Shown piece by piece: positions 1-13,900 of a stretch of 64,000 nucleotides of DNA (within the stretch, counting starts at the first letter, position 1; every line of letters starts with the position of its first letter). Origin of the DNA: Neoconidiobolus thromboides FSU 785 (taxonomy: Eukaryota; Fungi; Entomophthoromycota). A program made the position numbers and the translations under genes. The notes beneath the pieces were generated by a model. It was not told the origin of the DNA. It worked only from the letters and a program-made list of their open reading frames with translations, and ran no database searches. The DNA is taken from positions 64,315 to 128,314 of the forward strand of contig MU626301.1 of assembly GCA_025603075.1 (NCBI GenBank), written 5' to 3'.

Positions 1-39
1 ATTACAAAATATTAGAAATTTATTGATACTAAAGTTAAT

Positions 40-808
40 TTAATATGGAAGAAGACTAGCAGCACTGCGTGCCATAGCAGCTGAGCCACCTGGGAGATAT
101 GATGCAAAATACCTAAAAGCTTTGTAAGAAACTTTTGAAAAAATCATGATGTTCTTACCAAACCAAAGCAACCAACTGGATAATAAAGGATAATAATGTA
201 AGTATTTTTGAACCAATCTATAAGAAAATTAATTTTGAATACAAGAGAATAAAATGAAGCTTACTATTAAAGCTGAAATTAAAGTCAACCCCATTGATCC
301 AAAGTAACAAGCAGTAAATGGTAAACGCTCTTTTGAAAATACATGTTTAAAATGAGACCTAGGGCCCTTTAATAATCCAAAACTAAATATTAAGTAAAAA
401 ATGAGCTTATCAATAATATATATTCATACCTAGTAAACAATAATAAACTACCAAAGGTAAATGATAGTGCAAATTTTGAAGGGCTAAATATTTGGAATGG
501 TGCCTTAAATAAAAATTAATTTTGGATAAAGATATAAAAGTAACTATTACTAAAGCAAATAAAATAAAACCGGCTAATGCACAAATACCAAATCCTGCCC
601 ATCTCTAAAATTATTTTAGTTGCATTCTAAGCATATAGGCTTAATAGTTTACTTGAAACAAAGTTAGCTCAAACCATTCAGGCTCGGGTTCATAAGAATT
701 GGCAGCATAAGGGGATGTATTAGCTGGTAAATATTGACTAGCACTGTTGCTTATAGAACTAAAGAAACTGCTGGTAGAGCTCGCAAATTGATTAGAATAA
801 TTGCTCAT
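40..808 (-). CDS. SFT2: Vesicle transport protein Sft2-like (spliced)
   Basis: Manual minus-strand translation across GT-AG introns: MSNYSNQF...EPEWFELTLFQ/RWAGFGICALAGFILF...SKFALSFTFGS...FSKERLPFT...YFASYLPGGSAAMARSAASLLPY*. Matches the Got1/Sft2 family pattern. Confidence 0.85.
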
Positions 809-1261
809 TTTTTAATAAAAGATAATTATTTAATATTGAGTACAGGTCTTTTATAATAAGTAAAGTTTGGCAGTTTTACTTGACTTTGGAGTTTTATTAT
901 TGGCTAAAAATTATTAATAAAATAGTACACACTATATTATTATATTATTATATTATAGACAAGCTTTGAAATCAAAATAATATAAGAGTTATTAAATAAA
1001 TACGTGTTTGATATTAATTATTTGTTAATTTTATTTAAAAATATCTCAATATTGAATGTTTAAATAACAGCTATTGCTCTTTAATCAACTTTTCTGAGCT
1101 TAAATATTGAACAACTTTACTGCTTTAAAATTGAACTTGTCCAAATATGTTTACTTCACAAAAAAACGCAATCATATTAATTCTTAAACCAATCATAATT
1201 AATGATAAAGTCTTAGATAAAAAACAAATTTAATAAATACTCCATAAGAGTGACGTTTTCA

Positions 1262-1939
1262 ATGAACTTTACACAATTAGGAAAAAAAATAATAGCTATA
1301 GGCTTCAACTATTCAAAGCACTGCAGTGAATTAGGAGGAAATGCTAAAGCAAAAGCACCTCTTTTCTTTTTAAAGCCAACGAGCTCATATCTTTTAGAAC
1401 CAAATTCAATTGAATTGCCTCTTGGCTGTACTGTAGATTATGAAATTGAGTTAGGGGTAGTTATTGGAAAAGAAGCTAAAGATATCAATGATGAAACTAA
1501 AGCTATGGATTGTATTTCAGGCTATACATTAACTATCGACGTTACAGCAAGAGATCTACAAAACGAAGCTAGAGAAAAAGGGTTACCTTGGAGTATATCT
1601 AAAGGATTTGATACGTTTACACCTGTAGGGCCATTTATTAAAAAAGAAAAGGTTGATGATATTAATGCTTTGGAGTTTTGGATCAAAGTCAATAGTGAAC
1701 TAAAGCAATATGGATATACAAAAGATATGATTTTCAATGTTCCTAAACTAATTTGTTATATTTCTAAATTTATGAAGTTACAAGAAGGTGATCTTATATT
1801 AACTGGTACACCAGAAGGAGTTGGTCCAATTAGAAATGGTGATGTCATTACCGCAGCATTGAAGGAAAAAGACATGGTGTTATCAGAAATCAGATTTGAT
1901 GTTATTAATCGAATTAATGGTTTTAACTATAAACTTTAA
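1262..1939 (+). CDS. FAHD1: FAH-superfamily hydrolase, FAHD1/FMP41-like (copy A, intronless)
   Basis: ORF 1250..1939, first ATG at 1262. Motifs KIIAIG, FFLKPTSS, DYEIELGVVIG, DVTARD, KGFDTFTPVG, GDLILTGTPEGVG. Confidence 0.9.
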   Translation: MNFTQLGKKIIAIGFNYSKHCSELGGNAKAKAPLFFLKPTSSYLLEPNSIELPLGCTVDYEIELGVVIGKEAKDINDETKAMDCISGYTLTIDVTARDLQNEAREKGLPWSISKGFDTFTPVGPFIKKEKVDDINALEFWIKVNSELKQYGYTKDMIFNVPKLICYISKFMKLQEGDLILTGTPEGVGPIRNGDVITAALKEKDMVLSEIRFDVINRINGFNYKL

Positions 1940-2089
1940 GTATTTATATACGTTTTAAAATTTAATAAAAAAATGTTTTTATTCATAATAAACTCTGCAT
2001 GAAAAAGATTTCCTACCATCTAAAAGTTTAAGAGAAGTGCTTAACCTTAATGTTACGAAACAAAAATTTATAATAGGCGTTGATTTTTT

Positions 2090-2542
2090 TTATAAAGTTT
2101 TACGCATTACAATATTAGCTCTACTATAACTTGGATGTTGCCCCAAATGAATAGTTTCAAAGCCATATTTTTTATAAAGGGTAATAGCAGGCTCTAATTT
2201 GGTGTTACAAATGATCAAAATACTCTTAGATCCTTTTTCTTTAACCCAATTTACAGCGGCATCCATTAATTTCTTTGATAAGCCTTGGCCTTTATAGCCA
2301 TCTTCTACTGCTAGTTTACTTAATTCATATTCACCTTCATGTTTCATCATAGCAACAGTACCGATTACTTTACTATTATCTAATAAGAAGAAAATTTGAC
2401 CACCGTTATTGATGATATCTTCTGGATGATCAAGCTGCTTGATATCTGATTCTTCTACTTCAAATAATTCTTCTACCCACTTTAAATTTAGTCGTTTGAA
2501 TTCAGACTTATATTTATCATCATAGGGGATACATTCAATCAT
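2090..2542 (-). CDS. GNAT-family N-acetyltransferase (bacterial-like, intronless)
   Basis: 150-aa ORF with acetyl-CoA-binding motif A (YKGQGLSKKLM), ELSKLAV strand and LEPAITLYKKYGF motif B. Confidence 0.85.
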   Translation of the reverse strand: MIECIPYDDKYKSEFKRLNLKWVEELFEVEESDIKQLDHPEDIINNGGQIFFLLDNSKVIGTVAMMKHEGEYELSKLAVEDGYKGQGLSKKLMDAAVNWVKEKGSKSILIICNTKLEPAITLYKKYGFETIHLGQHPSYSRANIVMRKTL

Positions 2543-3750
2543 TCTTTTGTATCTTTAAACTAAAGAGCTTTAGAGATTATAAGGTTTTATAGATATTTTT
2601 ATACCCTGTTATAAAGTCTTATGACTTGGAACTCTTAATTAAAATATGATTATTATCTTTGACTAGATCTGGCTCCTTATTCTAGATAGATCTATATCTC
2701 ACTCCATTATTAACTGTCTATACGCATTGGTAATAAAATAAGCCCATGAGTAGTATTTATTCTCTAAATAAATGAAGTAGGAATTAAAAAGCTTAAAGAT
2801 TAAAGTTTTAATCTTGAAGCCAAAATTAGTAGGATTTCAAGAAATAAATGGCGAGTCGGAGCACTCTAAATAATATGGGAAGAAATTTAAATTCTGTTTA
2901 ATATGATTACTTTTTTTGTAATAAAATGGATGCTATTAGCTACTGCTATTTTAAAGCTACCTTTATAAAGTAACAAAGAATAAATTGGTATTAAAATGAC
3001 AAAATCCAAAGCCTAAGCTAAAAATAACCTAAATACTACCTTTATCATTCTCATTTAATAAAAGTAAACAAAGTTAAATGTATCCGACGAGCATAAACAA
3101 TAATAATGCTAAATAATAAGTTTAATACCATGTGATAAAAATTTTAAATTAAAAAGCTTGAAATTAAAAAGAACATTAGAATTTGACTTCGTGTATGTTA
3201 AGCCTATATAGAAGTATTTTTTACTACTATTTTGCTTATCTCCTATTTGATATAAACTTCTAAAAAACCCATTAACTAAAGGCCGGAATACTAAAATATT
3301 GACATATCGTTTATTTTAAAATTAAATAAAAATGCTTTTTTATAGCACTAGGCTTGACATATTTTTAAAGAGCCCAACGCTGGGAAAAATTGGACTTCAG
3401 GTTTAAACTTGTTCATATAAAAAATCTTCAACTGATAAACACATTTATCTACCTGAGTATTCATCAAAAAGAACAAAGCCAATGTCATTAAATTTACCAA
3501 AAATGATGCCCCTTTTATAGTAGTAGTAAAAATGCTGGTGACGTTGCCAATTACCTTTTGAGGAATAGCTTTCTTAGTAAAAATGAGTTTAAAATAATTA
3601 TTGTGTAAATAATCCATTTATCACTGTATAATCTACATTAATCTATTTACAAACTATTTTACTGTTTGCCATCAATTTTTAATTTTAACTTTCAAACTTC
3701 TGTTTTTTATAGCGTTCGAGACTTGTCATTCCAAATGAATTTAAACTATT

Positions 3751-3846
3751 TATGGGGATGTACTTTAAGAATTTTACTAATAATGTTTCTGCTCAGATAG
3801 TGCTTAAAAGATGGAGAAAGTGATGAAGCCAAAAAAACATCCCCAT
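3751..3846 (+). mobile_element. ~100-bp MITE-like element, copy 1
   Basis: TATGGGGATG...AAAAAAACATCCCCAT imperfect terminal inverted repeats; shared core AAGAATTTTACT...TAGTGCTTAAAAGATGG. Confidence 0.75.
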
Positions 3847-4800
3847 TGCTATTATAGATATATATATTAACGTACAGTACAGCATTGATGGACTGCAATA
3901 CTCACTTAATAGCATAGATCGTTATTACAATATATAGTCGGATTAGCCGCGCATAATACTGTTATCATAAGTTTTTTGATAGCTTTTCACTAATTTTACA
4001 AATAAGTTTTATTGTAATGGCGTTAAATAATTCCCTATAACCTGTAATACTTAGATAGCTTTATTTTAAAGTAGAGCTTACCTTCAGCCCAGATTTAGCA
4101 ATTTCCTCTTAGATTTGAATATACTAGTAAATCAAGTTAGTAAATTTATAGCTGATTATTCATCCAGACTGCTTTGTCTGATAATATTTTATTTACTCTA
4201 ATAACTTCTAGTGTTTTTTTAGAAGTCTAAATTTAAACTATGAGATTGTCTGCTAATTTCAAATAAATGACACCAATTTGTAGTGAAATAATAATTAGCT
4301 ATAAATATTGCTTTTCATTGTTTTATATTATTTACAATAAACATAAATGAAATTGTGGTTTTGAAATAATGACTATTTTTTATATTCTATTCGTTAGCAA
4401 TGTATTTTGTTTATTGAAAAACTCAATATCCTTTTTTAACTGTTATTATTAATTCTATAATCAATCTTTCAAAATCAAAAACTAGAGTAATAACTCGTTA
4501 CCCTTTTCTCCTCCTTTATATCACCAGTAATCTTTAAGTTATATTACATCTTCAAATTGAAATATTCTAATGATTACTTGTTGTCTCTTCATCAGCAAAC
4601 TTGCCATTTACCAACTTGATGATTATAATTAAAATTCGACGCAACTCAATTAATTTTTTCTTAGTCTAAAGCTAATATATTAAAAATTGCTGTTGTTTAC
4701 AATAAAATTCCAAAATTTTCATTTTATATCTGCTTCCCTTATCTTTTTATGCTCACTGATTATTTAATTTAATTTTAAGGTTGAATTTTTAAATTCTAAC

Positions 4801-4903
4801 ATATGGGAATATATTTTTGTATTTAAGAATTACTAACAATTTTTCCACTCAAATAGCGCTTAAAAGATGGAAAAAGTAGTAAGCCAAAAAAGCATCATCA
4901 TAT
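4801..4903 (+). mobile_element. MITE-like element, copy 2
   Basis: ATATGGGAAT...AAATAGCGCTTAAAAGATGGAAAAAG...CATCATCATAT; ATAT at both ends. Confidence 0.75.
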
Positions 4904-5142
4904 AATAAAAAGGTGGTCTCATTCATTTTTTTAAATAATTGGCTAATAAATTTAAGTTTTGTATGAAAAACGAAAATAATGGTATAAAAAGTTACTATAT
5001 TATTAATGTAATTAAAAACAGAATCACATTATAAAACAAATTAAAAAATAGATTAAATAATTATTATACAATATTCCTTAATAAAAATGCAAGATAAACT
5101 AGAAGTTAATAAGGTGTACAAGAACTTTAAAAAATTCATTAA

Positions 5143-6387
5143 TTAAAAAAACAATCCTTCTCTAAGTTGAGCGGAAACAGCAGAAGTAGGACGGGTAGGA
5201 GTAGAAGTAAAAATGATTCTTCTTAAAGAAAAATCTAACTGAATAAAATGAGTTTTCATAAAACGATCACCTAAAAGAATATCGGATGATTGATTTTTCA
5301 TAACTAAAAAGTTAGCTTTACAATGAATATTGGTATCAAAACTCAAAACTAAATCTACTTCGCCTAATATGTTTTCTCCCTCTTTTGACAAATCCTCATT
5401 ACATGTTAATGAACTAGTATCAATATTAAACCCTTTAGCTTTCAATCGTTGAATACATTTGATGGATATTGAGGCTTTAAAACTTAATGGATAAAACAAA
5501 GCTACTACTCGATATCCATTTAATTTACATACCAATGATAAGGATCTTGGATTACTTGGTAGCTTTTTAATATTAATGGAATTAAATGACTCATCGCTAT
5601 TATCTTCAGTTTCAGTTGGGATGGAGCTAAATTCTGTAGTTAATAAAGATACTGATTTTGTTCTCGTGTTTTTTGGTCTCGGTTTGGCTAATGCTTCTTT
5701 TAATAAACTCTCTTTTATTATTTCATTTTTATTATTATTATTAATCTTCTCAATTTTGTCTTTAAATGAATCAATGGGATGAAACACTGAAATTGGTTTA
5801 CTATCTTTTAATTTTAATTTTTCTGTCATTGGATCAAATGAAGAATGCCTTCTAGAATCATTAATACTTTCATCTTTAGGTAATGGTGGTTGGTCATTAT
5901 CTTTTCTTTCATCTAAAGTAATAGCAAAATAACATAAATCTTGATATTTAATAAAACCTTTGGATAGAAAATAGGCCTGCCAAACCTTAGGTAAACCTCG
6001 AATAAACCATTGAATCTTTGGAGTATCTTCCATTAAATGTTTTAATAAACAAAATCTTTCCGCTAAATTTAATATGTATTTTTTAAACCCTATACTAGGG
6101 TCAAATTTTATTGAGGATAAACTGGTAAGTATGTGTTCTTCAGAAGGTGTAAACCATTCGATTAATTTGTGACGGAAATCTTCATAGTCTTCAAAGATGG
6201 TATAATTTAATACACTACTATACCAAGTATATGCTTCTTCTGATAAAAATAATATAATAAATGGTATTATAGATTCAAAATCTAAGTTTAATACTTCTAC
6301 TCCAGCTTCAAACTTGTATAACCATTCAATCGCGTTTCCTTTACCATCATATCTAGGTACTATTTGTAATAACTTATCGATTGTCAT
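5143..6387 (-). mobile_element. Ty3/Gypsy-type Gag plus retropepsin-like ORF, no RT/IN or LTRs seen
   Basis: 414-aa intact ORF. N-terminal PRYDGKGNAIEWLYKFE and QWFIRGLP resemble retrotransposon Gag. The C-terminal region (LNGYRVVALF...DILLGDRFMKTHFIQLDF) resembles an aspartyl protease but lacks the DT/SG aspartate. Confidence 0.65.
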
Positions 6388-6603
6388 ATTTTTGTTTTAA
6401 AAGAGTAGAAATATAGAACTGATAAAAGAACTAGGATTAAATTTGAGTTTGTAATGATTTTTTGCAAAAATTAGGTGGATTTAGAAAAGCAGTATGATTT
6501 TAGTTCAATGATAAGGGGATAACTCTATTTCATTGTTTTCCTATTTTTTAATATAACATTGAGACATATTAATAGTGAAATATTAGATTAAAACAATCTG
6601 CTT

Positions 6604-6681
6604 ATATGGGGATGTATTTTTAAAGGATTTTACCAACAACCTTTCTGCTCAAATGATGAAGCTAAAAAAACATCCTCATAT
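6604..6681 (+). mobile_element. MITE-like element, copy 3 (internally deleted)
   Basis: ATATGGGGATGTATTTT...CATCCTCATAT; lacks ~25 bp of the core. Confidence 0.7.
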
Positions 6682-8355
6682 GACATGATTATAAAGAAGA
6701 AAAAACACTACACATTTTATACTAAATATTAAAAATAGAGATAATTAATTACTGTATTATGGTATTTGTCATTGAATTATATTTTACTTGTAAAACTAAA
6801 TGTAAAATTGAATATATATGTAAATAATTACAATATAATGTTCATAAATTCATTTAGTATTTAAAATCTAAGGTTACGAGTTTGATGCTATAGACCAAAC
6901 TCTTGATGATATAGTTATTAATATTTCATTATATTATATATATAATAATGTTAACTTTAATATAATTTGGAAGTTGACCTAAATGAATAACATTAAATTC
7001 ATGTCGTTTATAAAGATTAATAGCAGGCACTAATTCTATATTTATCAAAAGTAAAATAATTTTAAATCCTTTATCTTTAACCTATTTTACTAAGAAATTC
7101 ATCAGTATCTTTGATAAACCAAATCTAAAATGTTTTTATATAATAATTGATTTTATTAATTGATCTTTATCTTTATGTATCATTAATGTAATAATATTGA
7201 TGTATTTTTCTTTATCTAATAAAAAAATATCTTGTTTCTTTTATTGATTATATATTCTGGATGATCAAGGTGAATTGAAATTGAAAACAGTGAAGGATCA
7301 ACAGGCTGGTGTAAAGTTTATTGGTAAACAGTATTAATCTAAATTCACTAGAATTCACTAGGTTTGATATTTATCTATATTATCACAGTCGAGCTTTTGT
7401 TATCAAAACTTCTCGTTAAATAAAATATCACTTTGTAAAAGGTTTATGATGATTGGACGCGAAGACAGTACCTACAGCTCCGTAAAGTATAAAGTTTTCA
7501 AGGTTGAATAGAAGCAACAAAGTGTACTATTAAAAACATTAGAAATGTACATGTTTTTTTTTTATATTATTTAAAGAAGGACTAATGCAAGTCGAGTATT
7601 TTTAAAATTCAAAAACTGTGGGACTTTGTGTTCTATTAATTTAGAATAATAGGGTTATTGTTAGTCAATTAAGGGGATATGTGGTAGAAAAATGAACGAA
7701 ATTTATAAAAGCGGATGAATGAGTCCACAATGAAGTGATTGGAACTAACCACAAAGGAGGGGGGGATCAGGGAGCGAGTTATTTTATTTTTGTTATGTGC
7801 AAAGCGAGCTAATGAGAATCTAGTTCAGAGAAGATTAGATTCAGAAAACCTGGATAGGGCTCAGTTGGTAACAGTTGAAGTAGAATGAAACATCAGTTTG
7901 ATGTGAGATGATGAGATGAATAGGAGAAAAATCAGATATCTTTTAATTAATCTATTTTTACAACTTTTCTATCAGCAATGACATTTTGGCACCTATCATT
8001 GAGCTTTAATACTATTATATAGAATTTTGGTAACTTTTGAAAAACTTCTTTTAAAATTATAAATTAATTTAAATAATCCTTTATAAATAAAACTAATATT
8101 ATTTTAAAAAATCATTTAATAAATGAAAATTATACTATAAAAATGCTGTAAAAACGTCACTCTATTGATAAGTTATTTTACAAAATGATAAAATTGCAAC
8201 TTCTACTACAAAAATTACAGCCAATAATAACTTTTTTAAAACTTAATTTGGCGTCCAAATTGAATAAGCCACCAATAAAAAAGAGTTAATGAAGAAGTCC
8301 AAGAATGCCAAATCTCAAAAAATCCAATTTAAATTTTCTAAGTTTCCAATAAAAA

Positions 8356-9019
8356 ATGTCACAAACCTTAAGACCTTACCTTGCAGCCGTTCGATCCACG
8401 CTTACAGCTTCTTTATGTTTAGAAAATTTTCCATCTCAAGAAGTTGAAAAACATAATAAACCAGAAGTCGAATCAGGGTAATTAAAGGTTTAATCTAATA
8501 TAAAAAATAAAACATTAAAATTTCCAATCTAGTAAAACTACCGAAGTATTATTAAATCCGGTGCATATAAGTAGAAATGAAAATGAAAGGGTCTTGATAG
8601 AACCATCAATCAATTCAGTTAGAATATCTATTAAAATTAAACAAGCGGATGAGATTGAAAAGATATTATGTCATAATTTTACAAGATTTTTAATGATGAG
8701 AGCTGAAAACTTTTTTATTTTAAGACGTAAACCAATTGAGGTAAATTTAATTTAAAAATAATATTTTATAAAGTTATTTAATTTATCTAGGGTTATGATA
8801 TTAGCTTTTTAATTACTAATTTTCATACTGAAAGAATGTTAAAGCATAAATTAGTAGACTTTGTTATTGAGTTTATGGAAGGTATCGATAAGGAGATTTC
8901 TGAAATGAAATTATCACTTAATGCTAGAGCTCGTGTTGTTGCTCACTCCTTTTTAGCTCAAGTAATTGTTCTTTATTAGTTTTATTATTTGTTATTAATA
9001 TAAAAATTAGTTTGTTTAA
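8356..9019 (+). CDS. ARC19: Arp2/3 complex subunit ARPC4 (spliced)
   Basis: [39 protein letters not shown]...[31 protein letters not shown]...[12 protein letters not shown]. Confidence 0.95.
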
Positions 9020-9642
9020 TCTTTAATTTATGACTAGTTGAAGGTTATTTTGAATAAAAATTTACCAATTTTTAATTTATGTATTTAAGTGTTTGGTTGT
9101 CACTTTGTTTATCTTACAATTTGCAAATAGTGTTATAAAAGGTGTATTTATATCAATCAAATAAATTAATGGAGTAAAACAAATCGAAAATTTGAGTTAA
9201 AAGTAATAAATGTATTAAGAGTATGAATTTTATTTCCTTTTACTTATTTAATCTTTGAATATATAATTAAATACATTTTAATATATTGTATTATTCTATT
9301 AGAATTTTTATCTTAGAACAAAAAGTAAACTAACTCTAATAGGCTAAAACGGAGTTAAACCAATAAAACCATAACAAAGTAAGCCAATAAAATTATACAA
9401 CGGTAACAGAACAAGGTGGCTTGAAAACATGTAAACTATTAAAAAAAGAGTTAAGAGTTAAGAACCAATTAAAGTTCAAGTTCTACATTACCACTATAAT
9501 TAATATTAAAAAATAGCTCCATTATAAAAACTTTAAACTAGTTTTAACAACTTTTTATAATTTTTTATCTTTATAAAAAAAATTGACTTATTTTTATCAT
9601 TTATCTAAATTCAATTATTTTAATATTTAAAATTGATTAATT

Positions 9643-10574
<932 letters not shown>

Positions 10575-10946
10575 TTGTGAATATGAGATCTTAAAATGTG
10601 CATATTAATATTCAACTTTAATAAGAAAGAGTTTACCTAGAAATTTTATTTTGAAATTGAATTAAAAGGTGAAAAAAAGAATTAAATTTTATTAGAATAA
10701 TAATTATAGTTTATCAATTTCTATTAATATTATTTTATTTATTTTTGATATGTTATTATTAGTACTGATATTAACATATACTTTTTTGCTATATATAAGT
10801 TTTTAGCTTAATTTAAAGGTTTAAGAATAAAAAATAATTTGCTTATTTAAAACAAAAATTGGATGAAGTCACTTCTAGAAAATTCATTCAAAATAGTTTA
10901 TAAATATATAAACAAAAACTATTCAATATTATTTTTAACACAAAAA

Positions 10947-13900
10947 ATGAGAACTTTATTAACTAAACAAAACAAACTTATAACACAAAGTATCAATAAA
11001 AAGAAACCAAGCATATTTGGTATTAATAGTATTGCTCTATTATCAACTATTAGAAGTAAAATTTATATTTTTAAATTCTTGATGTTATTAATTTTATTTA
11101 ATAGATTATAATTTGTTAAATCTTAATTATAAAGGTAATGTCATTTAATATCAAATGACATATAGTTTAAACTAATTTATTAATAGATAATCTAAATTTA
11201 ATAAAAAATGAAAAGATCAATTTACGCTATATTAGCAGTAAGCAATTTATTAAATTAATTATTATATTTCAACTCTATTTTAATAGTGGGCCCTCAGCAA
11301 CCTCAACCTTTAGCAAAAGGGGAAGCTTTAAAAAACTATGTAAAATCATTATTGTGTTAAATTAATAAACTAATTGATTTTAGTCAGTAGATTTAACAGA
11401 TCTAGCCATGCAAGGAAAGTTAGACCCAGTAATAGGAAGGGATGAAGAAATAAGAAGAGCTTTACAAGTGTAAGACTTAAAAAATCATTATTCAATATGG
11501 GTTTAATGATCTCTACTAGTTTATCTCGAAGAACAAAAAATAATCCAGTTTTAGTTGGTGAAGCAGGGTAAATTAAAATAAGTTCGAAATTAATAGCTTA
11601 TTTGTAATTCCTATAGTGTTGGTAAAACAGCTATCATTGAAGGTTTGGCACTTCGAATTGTTAATGGGGAGGTACCTGATTCGATGAAAAATAAAAGGGT
11701 CATTGCTTTAGACTTAAGTGTAAGTTTACTTTGCTTATTGTTAACATTCTATTAATAAATTAAATAGGCATTAATTGCAGGTGCTAAATTTAGGTAAATA
11801 TTAATATTATAAATAAATAATTCAACTTTATCAATAATGAACAGAGGCGAATTTGAAGAAAGATTAAAAAGTGTATTAAAAGACGTAACGGAAAGCGAAG
11901 GCGAAATCATCCTTTTTATTGATGAGCTTCATACTTTACTTGGTTTAGGTAAAGGAGATGGGGCAATGGATGCTGCTAATATGTTAAAGGTAGTATTGAT
12001 TTAATATTTTGATTTAACATAAACTAATAAAATCAAATAGCCAGCTTTAGCTAGAGGCACTTTACATTGCTGTGGTGCAACAACATTAGATGAATATAGA
12101 AAAGTAAGCAAAGTTATAAAAATAGATCAAATTTTATTAGATAAAAAAAGTACATAGAAAAGGATCCAGCTTTAGCAAGAAGGTTCCAATCAGTTCTGGT
12201 AAACACAAATTTATAAAACATTAGTATTTTTGTTTGATATTTTATTTCCATTCAGGTTACTGAGCCAACTGTTGAGGACACTATTGCTATTTTAAGAGGG
12301 TGTAAGTGTTTTATTATAATAATCTAATAATAATATATTAATCATTGTTCAACAGTGAAAGACAAATACGAAGTACACCATGGAGTTCAAATTGCTGACA
12401 CAGCTTTAATTTCAGCAGCTACCTATTCTCATAGATATGTTACTGATCGCTTTTTACCAGATAAGGTAAATTGTTAATAACAATAAGTGTGCTTAGTTAA
12501 TTGTTGTATTAGGCCATCGACTTACTTGATGAAGCATGCTCTTCTTTACGTTTACAACAAGAAAGCAAACCCGAAGATATCGAAACATTAGACAGAGAAG
12601 TGATGAGAATACAAATTCAATTAGAATCCCTTAAAAAGGAAACGGATATTAATTCAAATGAAATAAGAGAAAAATTGGTTAAAGAATTAAAAGAAAAAAC
12701 AGATAGATCACGTAAATTAACTGAAGTTTGGCAAGAAGAAAAAGAGAGATTACATAAAATTAAAGATTTAAAAATGAGATTAGATAAAGCAAAAACAGAA
12801 TTAGAAACAGCTGAAAGAGTAGCTAACTTAAGTCGAGCATCTGAGTTACGTTATGGTATTATACCTGAATTAGCATCTCAATTACCAAAAGAGGATAATG
12901 AAAATAATCAAAATGGATTTCTACACGAAAGAGTTACTTCAGATGATATAGCTAAAGTAGTATCTAAAGCAACTGGGATACCAATTCAAAATTTAGTTAA
13001 AGGAGAAAAAGAAAAATTAGTCAACATGGAAGAAATATTATCAAAAAGAGTTATTGGGCAACCAGAGGCAATTAAATCAATAGCTGAAGTAGTTAGGTAA
13101 TAATATAATATAGTATACTATCGATACAAATTTAAATTTAATAAAGATAAATATAATGTTAATATAATTTTATAGATTAAATAGATCTGGACTACAAGAT
13201 GAGAATAAACCAATTGGCTCCTTTTTGTTTTTAGGACCAACAGGTGTAGGTAAAACAGAGTTATGTAAAACATTAGCCAAATTTTTATTTGATAATGAAA
13301 ATGCCTTGATTCGAGTTGATATGTCAGAATATATGGAAAAGTAAATTTATAATAATAATAATAATAATATACACTATAATATAACATAAATTATTATTAT
13401 TAGTAGTATTAATATTAATATAATCTTAGGTTCTCAGTATCTAGATTAATCGGTGCACCACCAGGTAATTTTACTTGATTATTTTAATTTATAATATTAA
13501 TTTAAAATAAGGTTATGTTGGATATGATCAAGGAGGAGAATTAACAGAAGCAGTTCGAAGAAGACCTTATTCAGTTATATTATTAGATGAAATGGAAAAA
13601 GCACATAAAGATGTTTATAATTTATTATTACAAGTATTAGATGAAGGCCATTTGACCGATTCTCAAGGCAACAAAGTTGATTTTAGAAATAGTATTATTA
13701 TTATGACTTCTAACTTAGGAGCTGAAGAATATAATAATACTATGGATACAAATACTGTTCACAATAACGTATTGAGTATTGTTAAAAGTTATTTTTCACC
13801 AGAATTTATAAATCGTATTGATGAAATGGTAATAATTTATTGATTTATTATATTACATATATTAATGTATTAATTTTAGATTATATTTAACAAATTAGAT

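Noticed and set aside
3348-3617. 89-aa hydrophobic ORF
   Set aside because: No recognisable family or splice context; only counted as a possible remnant within the accessory island.
7753-7766. AAAGGAGGGGGGGA resembling a retrotransposon polypurine tract
   Set aside because: It is on the opposite strand to the Gag ORF, and no TG...CA LTR pair was found.
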